Shown here piece after piece: positions 34,640-44,820 of a stretch of 64,000 nucleotides of DNA. Position numbers and translations under genes: made by a program. Origin of the DNA: Alphaproteobacteria bacterium (GTDB lineage: Bacteria; Pseudomonadota; Alphaproteobacteria; UBA8366; GCA-2717185); NCBI GenBank assembly GCA_040905865.1, contig JBBDQU010000083.1:1539-65538 (forward strand), read 5' to 3'. The notes under the pieces are model-generated. The model did no database searches. It saw nothing but the letters and a program-made list of their open reading frames with translations, and was not told the origin of the DNA. Position 1 is the first letter of the stretch. The number at the start of each line of letters is the position of its first letter.

Positions 34640-34679
34640 CCGTCATAAAAGTTTCATCCAACCGTCAAATACATGACAC
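34640..34679 (+). promoter_or_regulatory. Pho-box-like array upstream of phnG
   Basis: CCGTCAT-aaaa-GTTTCAT-ccaa-CCGTCAA-atac-ATGACAC, with perfect 11-bp phasing. It lies 89-128 bp upstream of the phnG ATG (34768). Confidence 0.6.
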
Positions 34680-34767
34680 CCCGCCCCCCCATGGTGCCCA
34701 TCCTGCTGATCGGGAGCGTCCCCGCGGTTCCGATACGCATCATATCTGACAGCGAGACCGCGCCCGC

Positions 34768-35226
34768 ATGGAGACCCGGAATATTCGCCAGGAATGGCTT
34801 GCCGTATTGAGCACGGCCGACCGCGACGACCTGGAGCGGTTCTGGCGGAACCTGGATGCCGGGCATGCCTTCCGCAACCTGCGCAATCCCGAATCCGGCC
34901 TGACCATGATCCGGGGCCGCGCCGATGGGTCCGGTCGACCCTTCAACATGGGCGAGGCGACGATCAGCCGCTGCGTGGTCGCCACGGTGGATTCGGCCAG
35001 CCGTTCGGAGATCATGGGCGTCGGCTATGTGCTGGGCCGGGACCGCCGCCACGCGGAACTGACCGCCCGCTTCGACGCCCTGTTCCAGGATTCGGCGCAG
35101 GGATCGGCTGCCCGTGACAGCGTCCTGCCGGCCCTGAAAGACAAACGCCGCAAGGCCGCAGAGGCCGCGTCCCGCAAGACCGACGCCACCCGCGTTGAAT
35201 TCTTCACCATGGTGCGCGGAGAATAA
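34768..35226 (+). CDS. phnG: C-P lyase core complex subunit PhnG
   Basis: 152 aa: ...LTMIRGRADGSGRPFNMGEATISRCVV... It is first in a gene order phnGHIJKLM with 2-8 nt gaps or overlaps. Confidence 0.9.
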   Translation: METRNIRQEWLAVLSTADRDDLERFWRNLDAGHAFRNLRNPESGLTMIRGRADGSGRPFNMGEATISRCVVATVDSASRSEIMGVGYVLGRDRRHAELTARFDALFQDSAQGSAARDSVLPALKDKRRKAAEAASRKTDATRVEFFTMVRGE

Positions 35227-35228
35227 AA

Positions 35229-35822
35229 TTGTCCACGGCGCTGCATACACCCCTGCCCGGCCTCGCCGATCCCGTTTTCGACTCCCAGTCGATTTTCCGC
35301 ACCGTGCTGCAGGCGCTGTCGCGGCCCGGGCGAATCTACCGGATGCCGGTCGATCTTCCTGCGCCGGAAGGACTCGCCGGCGCCGGCATCTGCCTGTGCC
35401 TGCTGGACCGGGACACGTCCCTGTGGCTCGATGCGCCATTGCGCACGCCGGCGATTGAATCTTTCCTGCGCTTCCATACCGGCTGCACGATTACCGGGGA
35501 TCCGGAAACGGCCGGTTTCGCCATCATGGCTTCCCTGCCGGACAGGGCGGAAATCGCCAGGTTCAATGCCGGCACGCCGGAATATCCGGACCGTTCCACA
35601 ACGATTATCGTCCAGACCGAAGGCCTGCGTGACGACCGGGGCGCCCGGCTGAGCGGCCCCGGAATCGAACGCGAGCACCGGCTGGATGTCGCTGGCGCCG
35701 CCCCGGCGTTCTGGGCCGCCGTGCGCGCCAGCAATGCGCAATTTCCCCTGGGTGTCGATTTCCTGTTTGTCGCCGGTGACCGCCTTGCCGGGCTGCCGCG
35801 ATCCATCCTGGTGGAGGGCTGA
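35229..35822 (+). CDS. phnH: C-P lyase core complex subunit PhnH
   Basis: 197 aa (TTG start): ...ADPVFDSQSIFRTVLQALSRPGRI... Confidence 0.9.
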   Translation: MSTALHTPLPGLADPVFDSQSIFRTVLQALSRPGRIYRMPVDLPAPEGLAGAGICLCLLDRDTSLWLDAPLRTPAIESFLRFHTGCTITGDPETAGFAIMASLPDRAEIARFNAGTPEYPDRSTTIIVQTEGLRDDRGARLSGPGIEREHRLDVAGAAPAFWAAVRASNAQFPLGVDFLFVAGDRLAGLPRSILVEG

Positions 35823-35825
35823 TTC

Positions 35826-36944
35826 ATGTACGTGGCGGTAAAGGGCGGCGAAAAGGCCATCGACAACGCACACCGGCTGCTGGCCGAGGAACGGCGCGGC
35901 GACCCGGCGGTACCGGCGCTTTCCATCGACCAGATCCGCCAGCAGATGACCCTGGCGGTCGACCGGGTGATGACGGAAGGCTCGCTCTACGATCCCGAAC
36001 TGGCGGCGCTTGCCATCAAGCAGGCGCGCGGCGACCTGATCGAGGCGATCTTCCTGCTGCGCGCCTACCGGACGACCCTGCCGCGTCTGGCGGTCAGCGA
36101 ACCGGTCGATACCGCCGCGATGGATATACGCCGCCGCATTTCGGCGACCTTCAAGGACGTGCCGGGCGGCCAGGTGCTGGGACCGACCTTCGACTATACC
36201 CACCGGCTGCTCGACTTCGCGCTGGCGGCGGAGGGCGAACCGCAGGCATCCGACATCCCGGCGGTCGAACGGGCGGAACGCGGCCCGATGCCGCGCGTGT
36301 CCGAATTGCTGGATCGCGACGGGCTGATCGAACCGGCGGAACCCGATGACGGCGCGGCGCCGGTCGGCGACCTGACGCAGGAGCCGCTGACCTTTCCGGC
36401 CGGGCGGGACCTGCGATTGCAGGCGCTGGCGCGTGGCGATGAAGGCTTCCTGTTGTCTCTGGGCTATTCGACGCAGCGCGGCTATGGCCGGACCCATCCC
36501 TTCGCCGGCGAAATCCGCATGGGCGAGGTCTCGGTCGAAATCATTCCCGACGAGTTGGGCTTTCCGGTCACCGTCGGGGAAATCACGCTGACCGAATGCG
36601 AGATGATCAGCCAGTTCCAGGGATCGAAGGAACAGCCGCCGCAATTCACGCGCGGCTACGGGCTGGCCTTCGGGTTCAGCGAACGCAAGACCATGGCCAT
36701 GGCGCTGGTCGACCGCGCCCTGCGCAGCCGTGAACTGGGCGAGGAATCCGATGACGCCCCGGCGCAGGATATCGAATTCGTGCTGTCGCATGCGGATAAT
36801 GTGGAAGCTTCCGGCTTCGTCCAGCACCTGAAACTGCCCCATTACGTCGATTTCCAGTCCGAACTGGAACTGGTCCGCAAGCTGCGGCGCGAAATCGCGG
36901 AACACCGCGAATCCGAGGAACCCGGCTATGCCGCAGCAGACTGA
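35826..36944 (+). CDS. phnI: C-P lyase subunit PhnI (ribose 1-methylphosphonate 5-triphosphate synthase)
   Basis: 372 aa: MYVAVKGGEKAIDNAHRLLAEERRGD...LSIDQIRQQMTLAVDRVMTEGSLYD... Confidence 0.93.
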   Translation: MYVAVKGGEKAIDNAHRLLAEERRGDPAVPALSIDQIRQQMTLAVDRVMTEGSLYDPELAALAIKQARGDLIEAIFLLRAYRTTLPRLAVSEPVDTAAMDIRRRISATFKDVPGGQVLGPTFDYTHRLLDFALAAEGEPQASDIPAVERAERGPMPRVSELLDRDGLIEPAEPDDGAAPVGDLTQEPLTFPAGRDLRLQALARGDEGFLLSLGYSTQRGYGRTHPFAGEIRMGEVSVEIIPDELGFPVTVGEITLTECEMISQFQGSKEQPPQFTRGYGLAFGFSERKTMAMALVDRALRSRELGEESDDAPAQDIEFVLSHADNVEASGFVQHLKLPHYVDFQSELELVRKLRREIAEHRESEEPGYAAAD

Positions 36945-37806
36945 ATCGCCGGATACGGCGCGCGCCGACGGCGCGTATAATTTCGCCTATCTGGACGAAC
37001 AGACCAAGCGGATGATCCGCCGGGCGATCCTGAAAGCGGTCGCCGTGCCCGGTTACCAGGTTCCCTTCGCCAGCCGCGAAATGCCGATGCCCTACGGCTG
37101 GGGCACCGGCGGTATCCAGGTCACCGCCTCGATCATCGGGTCGGACGACACGCTGAAGGTCATCGACCAGGGCGCGGACGACACGACCAATGCGGTCAGC
37201 ATCCGCAAGTTCTTCGTCCGCACGACGGATGTGGACACGACAGAACGGACGGAAGACGCAACCATCATCCAGACCCGGCACCGCATCCCGGAAACGCCGC
37301 TGAAGGAAAACCAGATCCTGGTGTATCAGGTGCCGATTCCCGAACCGCTGCGGTTTCTGGAACCGCGCGAAACGGAAACGCGCCGCATGCATGCGCTGGA
37401 GGAATACGGGCTGATGCATGTCAAGCTGTACGAGGATATCGCGCGTTTCGGCCATATCGCGACAACCTATGCCTATCCGGTGCAGGTGAACGGCCGCTAT
37501 GTCACCGATCCCTCGCCGACGCCGAAATTCGACAATCCGAAGATGGACCGCATGCCGGCGCTGCAGCTGTTCGGCGCCGGGCGCGAGAAACGCATCTACG
37601 CCATCCCGCCCTATACCGGGGTGAAGAGCCTCGACTTCGACGATTACCCCTTCGAACTGCCGGAATGGGAGGAGGCCTGCGCGATGTGCGGCTCCCGCCA
37701 TACCTTCCTGGACGAGGTCATCCTCGACGATGCGGGCGAGCGCATGTTCGTGTGCTCCGATACCGATTACTGCGCGCGCATGCAAATCCCGGGGGCGGCG
37801 GAATGA
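36928..37806 (+). CDS. phnJ: C-P lyase PhnJ (radical SAM-type ribosyl-phosphonate C-P lyase)
   Basis: 292 aa: ...YNFAYLDEQTKRMIRRAILKAVAVPGYQVPFASREMPMPYGWGTGGIQVTAS..., with the C-terminal Cys cluster CAMCGS...FVCSDTDYC. Confidence 0.95.
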   Translation: MPQQTESPDTARADGAYNFAYLDEQTKRMIRRAILKAVAVPGYQVPFASREMPMPYGWGTGGIQVTASIIGSDDTLKVIDQGADDTTNAVSIRKFFVRTTDVDTTERTEDATIIQTRHRIPETPLKENQILVYQVPIPEPLRFLEPRETETRRMHALEEYGLMHVKLYEDIARFGHIATTYAYPVQVNGRYVTDPSPTPKFDNPKMDRMPALQLFGAGREKRIYAIPPYTGVKSLDFDDYPFELPEWEEACAMCGSRHTFLDEVILDDAGERMFVCSDTDYCARMQIPGAAE

Positions 37807-38585
37807 GCGCGCCCGCGGCGCCGATCCTGAAGGTGGCCGATATCGGCGTGTCCTATGGCAGGATCCGCGGCTGCGCGAATGTCGGTTTCGAGCTGTATCC
37901 GGGCGAGGTGCTGGGCATCGTCGGCGAATCGGGCTCCGGCAAGACCACCCTGCTGAAATCGCTTTCCGCGCAACTGCCGCCGGATAGCGGCTCGGTCATC
38001 TACCAGAACCGACAGGACGACGACGTCGATATCTATGCCATGAGCGAACCGGAACGACGCTTCCTGATGCGCACCGACTGGGCCTTCGTGCACCAGAACC
38101 CGCGCGACGGGTTGCGCATGAATGTCAGCGCCGGGGCCAATGTGGGCGAACGGCTGATGGCGATCGGACGGCGGCATTACGGCGAAATCCGCGCGGAGGG
38201 CGATGACTGGCTGCGGCGGGTCGAGGTCGATACCGCCCGCATCGACGACCTGCCGCGCACATTTTCCGGCGGCATGCAGCAGCGATTGCAGATCGCGCGG
38301 AACCTGGTCACGGGGCCGCGCCTTGCCTTCATGGACGAACCCACCGGCGGGCTGGATGTTTCCGTCCAGGCGCGGCTGCTGGACCTGATCCGCAATCTGG
38401 TCACGGATCTGGGGCTGGCGGTCGTGATCGTCACACATGACCTGGCGGTCGCCCGCCTGCTGGCGCACCGGTTGATGGTCATGAAACAGGGGTGCGTGGT
38501 GGAAACGGGCCTGACCGACCAGGTCCTGGACGATCCGCAGCATCCCTATTCGCAGCTTCTCGTTTCCTCGATCCTGCAGACGTGA
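37803..38585 (+). CDS. phnK: C-P lyase system ATP-binding protein PhnK
   Basis: Start at MSAPAAPILKVADIGVSYG (ATGA overlap with the phnJ stop). Walker A GESGSGKTT, signature FSGGMQQRLQIARNL. Confidence 0.92.
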   Translation: MSAPAAPILKVADIGVSYGRIRGCANVGFELYPGEVLGIVGESGSGKTTLLKSLSAQLPPDSGSVIYQNRQDDDVDIYAMSEPERRFLMRTDWAFVHQNPRDGLRMNVSAGANVGERLMAIGRRHYGEIRAEGDDWLRRVEVDTARIDDLPRTFSGGMQQRLQIARNLVTGPRLAFMDEPTGGLDVSVQARLLDLIRNLVTDLGLAVVIVTHDLAVARLLAHRLMVMKQGCVVETGLTDQVLDDPQHPYSQLLVSSILQT

Positions 38586-38592
38586 GAACCCC

Positions 38593-39291
38593 ATGACCGC
38601 GCTGATCGCCGCCGAGAACATTTCCAAGACCTTTACCCTGCACATGCAGGGCGGGCTGCGGATACCGGTCCTGTCGGGGCTCGATTTCACCATTGACGCC
38701 GGCGAATGCGTGGCGCTGGCCGGCCCGTCCGGCAGCGGCAAGAGCACATTCATGCGGATGATCTACGCCAATTACACCTGTTCGCGGGGTAATATCTGGG
38801 TCCGGCATGACGGCGCCCGCATCGACATGGCGCATGCCAGCCCGCACCAGGTTATCGATATACGGCGCCGGACGATGGGTTATGTCAGCCAGTTCCTGCG
38901 CGTCGTCCCGCGCATCCCGACCATCGACATCGTCGCGGAGCCGCTGGTCGTCACGGGCTGCCCGAAAGCGGAGGCGACGGCGCGGGCCGCCGGGCTGCTG
39001 CGCCGGCTGAACATTCCCGAAACCCTGTGGCCGCTGTCGCCGGTGACGTTTTCCGGCGGGGAGCAGCAGCGGGTCAATATCGCGCGCGGCTTTGCCCATC
39101 CCTATCCGATCATGCTGCTGGATGAACCGACCGCCAGCCTGGATGCGGATAACCGCGCGGTCGTGCTGCAATTGATCGGCGAGGCCCGCGCCCGCGGCGC
39201 CGCGATCATCGGCATTTTCCATGACCTCGAATCTCGCCGCGCCGTCTGTACGCGCAGTTTCGACATTTCCCGATATCAGGTGGCCGCATGA
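38593..39291 (+). CDS. phnL: C-P lyase system ATP-binding protein PhnL
   Basis: 232 aa. Walker A GPSGSGKST, signature FSGGEQQRVNIARGF. Confidence 0.92.
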   Translation: MTALIAAENISKTFTLHMQGGLRIPVLSGLDFTIDAGECVALAGPSGSGKSTFMRMIYANYTCSRGNIWVRHDGARIDMAHASPHQVIDIRRRTMGYVSQFLRVVPRIPTIDIVAEPLVVTGCPKAEATARAAGLLRRLNIPETLWPLSPVTFSGGEQQRVNIARGFAHPYPIMLLDEPTASLDADNRAVVLQLIGEARARGAAIIGIFHDLESRRAVCTRSFDISRYQVAA

Positions 39292-40436
39292 TGGAAAACG
39301 TCTTCACGAATGCCCGCGTCGTCCTGGCCGACCATGTGCTGGAACCGGGTACCGTGGTCACCGGTCGCGACGGCCGGATCCGCGACGTCGCGCCGGGCAA
39401 CAGCGCCGCCGCCGGCGCCATCGACTGCAACGGCGATTACCTGATTCCCGGACTGGTCGAGTTGCACACGGACAACCTGGAAAAACACGCGACGCCGCGC
39501 CCGAAAACCGAATGGCCCGCGATTGCCGCCGTCATCGCCCATGACAGCCAGCTGGCGGTATCCGGCATCACGACTGTTTTCGACGCCATCGCGCTGGGCT
39601 CGGTGCAGCAATCCAACGCGCGGGTCCAGCAATTGGAGCGCATGGTCGACGGCATTTCCGAGGCGCGCGACAAGGGGTTGCTGCGCGCCGATCACCTGCT
39701 TCACCTGCGCTGCGAGATTTCCTACCCGAACCTGAAAGAGATTTTCGACCCGCTGGTTTCGCATCCGCTGCTACGGCTGGTTTCGGTCATGGACCATACG
39801 CCGGGGCAGCGGCAGTTCGTTTCCGAAGCGCATTACCGGACCTACTATCAGGGGAAGTTCGGCCTGTCCGACCCGGAGATGGACGCCTTTACCGAAGACC
39901 GCAAGCGCGACCATGAACGCTATGGCGAAGCGCACCGGCGGCATGTGGTGTCGACCTGCCGGCAACGGCATATCAGCCTGGCCAGCCATGACGACGCCAC
40001 CCGCGAACATGTCGATGCGGCGGTCGCCGACGGCATGTCCATCGCCGAATTCCCGACCACCATCGAAGCCGCCAGGGCCTCGCACGCCGCGGGCATGAAG
40101 GTCATGATGGGCGGCCCGAACCTGGTGCGGGGAAAGTCCCATTCCGGCAATGTATCGGCGGGCGAACTGGCCAAAGCCGGCGTGCTCGACATCGTTTCCA
40201 GCGATTATATTCCAAGCAGCATGCTGCATGCCGCGTTCAAGCTGGGCGAGGAAATGTGCAACGCGGACCTGCCCGGGGCGATCCGGACCGTCAGCAGGAC
40301 CCCCGCGAACGCGGCGGGGTTGACCGATCGGGGCGAAATCGCGGTCGGCAAACGCGCCGATCTTGTCCGCGTCAGGCACACCCCGTATCATCCACTGGTC
40401 AACGGCGTGTGGCGGGAAGGACACCGAATTGCCTGA
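39288..40436 (+). CDS. phnM: alpha-D-ribose 1-methylphosphonate 5-triphosphate diphosphatase PhnM (amidohydrolase fold)
   Basis: 382 aa: ...DCNGDYLIPGLVELHTDNLEKH..., ...LVSVMDHTPGQRQF..., ...LASHDDAT... It overlaps the phnL stop by 4 nt. Confidence 0.92.
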   Translation: MMENVFTNARVVLADHVLEPGTVVTGRDGRIRDVAPGNSAAAGAIDCNGDYLIPGLVELHTDNLEKHATPRPKTEWPAIAAVIAHDSQLAVSGITTVFDAIALGSVQQSNARVQQLERMVDGISEARDKGLLRADHLLHLRCEISYPNLKEIFDPLVSHPLLRLVSVMDHTPGQRQFVSEAHYRTYYQGKFGLSDPEMDAFTEDRKRDHERYGEAHRRHVVSTCRQRHISLASHDDATREHVDAAVADGMSIAEFPTTIEAARASHAAGMKVMMGGPNLVRGKSHSGNVSAGELAKAGVLDIVSSDYIPSSMLHAAFKLGEEMCNADLPGAIRTVSRTPANAAGLTDRGEIAVGKRADLVRVRHTPYHPLVNGVWREGHRIA

Positions 40437-40482
40437 CCCCGGAAAATCCTCCGTGTCGCCGGCCCGGGAAATCGGCGCGATC

Positions 40483-41016
40483 ATGGCCGGGAAGGGCGCG
40501 AACCGGTATGGCGACGAAGCGATCAGCCAGCTTGACCACGCGCTGCAATGCGCCGCGCTGGCGGAGAATTCCGGCGCCTCGCCGGCGATGATTGCGGCCT
40601 GTCTGCTGCACGATATCGGCCACATGGTCGACAATCGTTTCGAAGGCGCCGCCAGGCAGGGAGTCGACCGCCGGCATGAAAAGATCGGCGCCGCCTTTCT
40701 GCGCCAGTGGTTCGGCCCCGGCGTCACCGAACCGGTCATCCTGCATGTGCCGGCGAAACGGTATATCTGCGCCGTCGATTCCGACTATGCCGACACCCTG
40801 TCGCCGGCGTCCGTCCGGAGCCTCGAACTGCAGGGCGGCCCGTTCGATTGCGACGACGCAAGACGCTTTATCCGTCAGGCCTATGCGCAGGATGCCGTCC
40901 AGCTTCGGCGCTGGGACGACGAGGCCAAGACGCCGGAAGCAGCCACGCCGCCGCTGGACCATTTCCTCTGCTATGTTGAGGTGGCCCTGAAGTCCTCCCA
41001 TCGGGACAATCCGTGA
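40483..41016 (+). CDS. phosphonate-operon-associated HD-domain protein (Phn-HD / PhnZ-like)
   Basis: Start at MAGKGANRYGDEAISQLDHALQCAALAENSG...ACLLHDIGHMV...HEKIGAAFL... (HD metal ligands). A TTG at 40429 overlapping the phnM stop is an alternative start. Confidence 0.8.
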   Translation: MAGKGANRYGDEAISQLDHALQCAALAENSGASPAMIAACLLHDIGHMVDNRFEGAARQGVDRRHEKIGAAFLRQWFGPGVTEPVILHVPAKRYICAVDSDYADTLSPASVRSLELQGGPFDCDDARRFIRQAYAQDAVQLRRWDDEAKTPEAATPPLDHFLCYVEVALKSSHRDNP

Positions 41017-41714
41017 CCGCGCGATACGCGATCTATTATATCCCCGGCAGGGACTCGGCGCTGGAACGGTTCGGACGGTCATGGCTCGGCTGGGATGTGT
41101 GGCGGGCGGAACCGGTCCCGCTGACCCCGCTGGCCGGGTTCGACGCGGCGGAACGCAGCGCCCTTGTCCGGACACCCCGGCAATACGGCTTTCACGCCAC
41201 GCTGAAGGCCCCGATGGCGCTGGCCCCCGGGATGGCGGCCGAGGACCTGCTTGCCGCCGCCCGCAGGTTCGCGACCCGGACCGCCCCCGGACCGGCGCTG
41301 GACCTGAAACTCGCAACCATCGGACGCTTCCTCGCGCTGACGCCGGCCGCGCCATCCCCGGCGCTGAACGCCCTGGCGGCCACCTGTGTGACGGTGTTCG
41401 ATGAATTCCGGAAACCGCTGCAACCGGCCGACCGGGGGCGCCGCAGGCCGGAATCCCTGACGGCGCGGCAGCGGGAATACCTGGACCGCTGGGGCTATCC
41501 CTATGTGCTGGACGAATTCCGCTTCCACTTGACCCTGTCCGGCGCGGCGGCGCCCGATGTTCTGGACCGCCTGCGCGATGGACTTGCGCCATTGCTGCAA
41601 CCTGTCCTGGCCGGTCCGTCCGGGCTCGACGCCCTCGCCGTTGCCGTGCAGCCGGCCCGGGACGGCCCGTTTCGGGTGCTCGAATACCTGCCGCTGTCCG
41701 GCGACCAGGCCTGA
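41013..41714 (+). CDS. DUF1045 putative phosphonate-metabolism protein (2H phosphoesterase-like)
   Basis: 233 aa (GTGA overlap with the preceding stop). It starts MTARYAIYYIP... and has two HxT-type motifs, FHATLKAP and FHLTLSG. Confidence 0.85.
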   Translation: MTARYAIYYIPGRDSALERFGRSWLGWDVWRAEPVPLTPLAGFDAAERSALVRTPRQYGFHATLKAPMALAPGMAAEDLLAAARRFATRTAPGPALDLKLATIGRFLALTPAAPSPALNALAATCVTVFDEFRKPLQPADRGRRRPESLTARQREYLDRWGYPYVLDEFRFHLTLSGAAAPDVLDRLRDGLAPLLQPVLAGPSGLDALAVAVQPARDGPFRVLEYLPLSGDQA

Positions 41715-41720
41715 GCGGGG

Positions 41721-42533
41721 TCAGGTCACCATCTTGCGCAGGCGCTGCGAGAGTATGTCGAGCAGGTTGACGGAAACGACGATTATGATAATCACGGCCG
41801 CCGTTTCGGTGTAATAGAATCCCCGGATGTATTCCCACAGCAGGGTGCCGATACCGCCGGCGCCGACGATGCCCAGCACGGTCGCGGAGCGGACATTGGA
41901 TTCGAAGCGGTATAGCGAGTAGGAAATCCACAGCGGCAGGACCTGCGGGATGACGCCGTAGATCACTTCCTCCAGTTTCGATGCGCCGGTCGCCCGGATG
42001 CCTTCGACCGGATGCGGATCGATCGATTCAATCGCCTCGGAAAACAGCTTGGCCAGGACGCCGGTGGTGTGGATCCACAGCGCCAGCACGCCGGCGAATG
42101 GCCCCAGCCCGACCGCGACCACGAAGAGCATGGCGAAGACCATTTCATTGATGGCGCGGAAAGCATCCATCATGCGGCGCATCGGCTGGTATATCCACGG
42201 CGGCGCGATGTTTTCGGCCGACAGGATTCCGCAGGGAATGGCGCAGACGATGGCGAGCGCCGTTCCCCACACGGCCAGTTGCACCGTGATCAGCATTTCA
42301 CCCAGATATATCCGCCATTCGGTGAAATCCGGCGGGAAGAATCCCTCTGCGAATTGCAGCATGTTTGCGGAATCGCGGATCAGGTCGAGGGGGCGGATAT
42401 CGGCGCCTTCCCATGACCCGATCAGGACGAAGGCCAGCACGGCCCATAACAGTATATTGCCGATGCTGCGTTTCAGTTCCCGGCGCGGCGGCGCAAGATC
42501 CATGGTCGTGGCGGCTGTGTTCATGTAGTGCAT
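41721..42533 (-). CDS. phnE: phosphonate ABC transporter permease
   Basis: 270 aa: ...[51 protein letters not shown]... Confidence 0.92.
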   Translation of the reverse strand: MHYMNTAATTMDLAPPRRELKRSIGNILLWAVLAFVLIGSWEGADIRPLDLIRDSANMLQFAEGFFPPDFTEWRIYLGEMLITVQLAVWGTALAIVCAIPCGILSAENIAPPWIYQPMRRMMDAFRAINEMVFAMLFVVAVGLGPFAGVLALWIHTTGVLAKLFSEAIESIDPHPVEGIRATGASKLEEVIYGVIPQVLPLWISYSLYRFESNVRSATVLGIVGAGGIGTLLWEYIRGFYYTETAAVIIIIVVSVNLLDILSQRLRKMVT

Positions 42534-42542
42534 TCCCGTCGT

Positions 42543-42579
42543 AAAAAAATGGCGGCGTCCGATTATCTCAGACGCCGCC
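42543..42579 (-). terminator. intrinsic terminator/attenuator between phnD and phnE
   Basis: Perfect 9-bp stem ggcggcgtc / gacgccgcc with an 11-nt loop. It is followed on the minus strand by a run of seven T (plus-strand aaaaaaa at 42543-42549), 10 nt before the phnE start. Confidence 0.65.
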
Positions 42580-42597
42580 CCAGTCGGTGCTGCGGTC

Positions 42598-43614
42598 TTA
42601 AAATCCTTTGACCATCTGCGCGACGAGATCGAGTTCCCTGTCGATCATCTCAAGCTTCGCGGCCTTGTCGCTGGCATTGCCGGCTTCCACTGTCAGCCTG
42701 TCCTTGAACAGCGCAAGCTGGCGGATCGGAAGAAGCTGCGTGTTATTGCTTTCCAGAAAATGGCCGAAGCCATCGCTCATCCCGCCGAGAACCCTGTTCG
42801 CTTCCGCGATCTGTTCCGGTGTGCCAAATCGGCCATAACCCAGGAAGAAACCCTTGATTCGGCTTCTCAGTTCCTTGGACAGGTCGCGGCGATAGACTAT
42901 CGGATCGTTGGGGATCAGCGGCGATGTCCATATCACCTTGATTTTCGCGGCTGCTTCCGGCGCCTTCATCGTCGAGCGGTTGATCTGTTCGGAATTGTTC
43001 GCGGCGGCGTCAACCTGACCGTTCGCGACCGCCATCAGGTTGGTTTCGTGGTTGGCGTTGCGGACCGTCTTGAAGCATTTTTTCGGGTCGATGCCGTTCT
43101 GCGCGAAGGCGTAATAGCTGGGCACCAGGAAGCCGGAGGTGGAATTGGGATCGCCGATTCCGAAATCGAGGGACTTGTCGCAGGATCCGAACAGGTCCTG
43201 CAGATTGTTGATCCTGTCGTTATTCGCCTGGGTGATGATATGCGAATAATAGCCCTCCGTGCCGTCCTGCTGCTTCGACGTCTGGGCGAAGACCTCGCCG
43301 CCGGCGCGGTCGACGGCTTCCATGCCGGACTTGTTGCCGTGCCAGGCCACATGCACCTTGCCGAAGCGCATCCCTTCGATGATGCCGGCGTAGTCCGGCG
43401 CGAAGAAGGCGTTTACCTTCATGCCGAGCTGATTTTCCATGGCTTCCAGGAAGGGCAGCCACTGCGCCTTCAGGTTGGAGGTGGATTCGGTCGAGATAAT
43501 GCCGAAATTCAGTTCCTTGGGATCGCCGTCCAGGGGTTTGAAGTCGGCCTGGGCCGTGCCGGCCAGCAGGACCGAGGTCGCCACGATTGCGGCGTGTGCC
43601 ATCTGTTTCATCAT
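42598..43614 (-). CDS. phnD: phosphonate ABC transporter substrate-binding protein
   Basis: 338 aa. Signal peptide ...[13 protein letters not shown], then ...[17 protein letters not shown]..., ...[27 protein letters not shown]..., ...[17 protein letters not shown]... Confidence 0.93.
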   Translation of the reverse strand: MMKQMAHAAIVATSVLLAGTAQADFKPLDGDPKELNFGIISTESTSNLKAQWLPFLEAMENQLGMKVNAFFAPDYAGIIEGMRFGKVHVAWHGNKSGMEAVDRAGGEVFAQTSKQQDGTEGYYSHIITQANNDRINNLQDLFGSCDKSLDFGIGDPNSTSGFLVPSYYAFAQNGIDPKKCFKTVRNANHETNLMAVANGQVDAAANNSEQINRSTMKAPEAAAKIKVIWTSPLIPNDPIVYRRDLSKELRSRIKGFFLGYGRFGTPEQIAEANRVLGGMSDGFGHFLESNNTQLLPIRQLALFKDRLTVEAGNASDKAAKLEMIDRELDLVAQMVKGF

Positions 43615-43656
43615 CGTCGGTCAGTTCCTTGTGGTGGTTGGAAAAAGAAAATCCGT

Positions 43657-44502
43657 TCAGGCGGAAATCGCGATCAGGTCCCTGCCGGATGCCGGCATGG
43701 GGACGTGCCGGGGCGCCACTCCGGCGGCTTCCGCATGGCCGAGCAGTTCGTCGCAATCGTCGCCGTAGAGCGTGCGCAGGATGTCCGTCGTCAGCGCGCT
43801 GCTGGGCCCGTCATAGACAACGGCGCCGTCACGCAGCGCGACGGTGCGCCGGCAGAACCGCACAGCGTAGTCCACCTGGTGGAGCGATACGAGTATCGTC
43901 CGGCCGTCGGTTTCATTGATATCGAGCAGGACCTCCATGACCCGTTTGGAAGAGGCCGGGTCGAGCGACGCGATCGGTTCATCGGCGAGGATGATATCGG
44001 CGCCCTGGACCAGCGCCCGCGCAATGGCGGCGCGCTGCTGCTGGCCGCCAGACAGAGTCGATGCCCGCTGCGCGGCGGCGCCGGCGATACCGACCCGGGC
44101 CAGCGCCCGCATCGCCGCGCGCTTTTCCCGGTTATTGAACAGGCCCAGCGCGCCGCGCCAGCCCGGCATCTGCCCCAGCACGCCCGTCAGCACATTGGTC
44201 AGGACCGACAGGCGGGAGACGAGATTGAACTGCTGAAACACCACGCCGATGCGGACCCGCACCTGCCGCGCGTCCCGGGTGACCCTGCCGCCGGACTGCA
44301 TATTGGCGCCGAAGACGCGGATATCGCCGCTGTCCGCCGCGATCAGCCCGCCGATATGGCGCAGCAACGTGGATTTCCCCGAACCCGACGCGCCGATCAG
44401 GGCAACCATTTCCCCCGCGTGGATTCGCATATCCACGTTCCGCAGCGCCCGGGTTTTCCTGTTGAACGTTTTGTTGAGACCGGAAACTTCAATCGCTGCC
44501 AT
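43657..44502 (-). CDS. phnC: phosphonate ABC transporter ATP-binding protein
   Basis: Start at [50 protein letters not shown]... Signature [15 protein letters not shown]. Confidence 0.93.
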   Translation of the reverse strand: MAAIEVSGLNKTFNRKTRALRNVDMRIHAGEMVALIGASGSGKSTLLRHIGGLIAADSGDIRVFGANMQSGGRVTRDARQVRVRIGVVFQQFNLVSRLSVLTNVLTGVLGQMPGWRGALGLFNNREKRAAMRALARVGIAGAAAQRASTLSGGQQQRAAIARALVQGADIILADEPIASLDPASSKRVMEVLLDINETDGRTILVSLHQVDYAVRFCRRTVALRDGAVVYDGPSSALTTDILRTLYGDDCDELLGHAEAAGVAPRHVPMPASGRDLIAISA

Positions 44503-44555
44503 GATACGCTTTGCTCGCCGGAAATCAGTGTCAGGCGCCATCATTGTCGCGGACG

Positions 44556-44596
44556 GTGACTCTTTCGTGACAGTGGGATGACAATTTTCCTGACAT
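44556..44596 (-). promoter_or_regulatory. Pho-box-like array upstream of the second phnC
   Basis: The minus strand reads ATGTCAG-gaaaa-TTGTCAT-ccca-CTGTCAC-gaaa-GAGTCAC. The last three units have exact 11-bp phasing. It lies 54-94 bp upstream of the ATG at 44502. Confidence 0.7.
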
Positions 44597-44820
44597 CCGC
44601 CCGGAAGGGCAGGGCAGCGGGTTCCGCTTTTGCTACAGCGGGACAGTGATTGCGCTACAGTCGCGGCGTTTGTTTCATCCACGCAACGGGTCGCGAATGT
44701 TGAAGCCGGTTCGCCCCGATGCTCGCCGCAGCGTCACACAGGGCCGGTTCGATACGAACGATCCCGGCCTGAGCGGCGCTGGTCTGCCATTGCAACGCAT
44801 TCAACAACACGAGGTGACCC

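Noticed and set aside
35025-36905. 626-aa minus-strand ORF across phnH/phnI, and similar ones at 36676..37785, 37767..38753, 38479..39222, 39771..40739 and 40399..41931.
   Set aside because: They lie opposite the tightly packed, well-recognisable phnG-M, HD and DUF1045 genes, and their translations are Arg/Gly/Pro-rich.
42760-44559. 599-aa plus-strand ORF across phnD/phnC.
   Set aside because: This is a shadow ORF. The minus strand matches PhnD and PhnC end to end.
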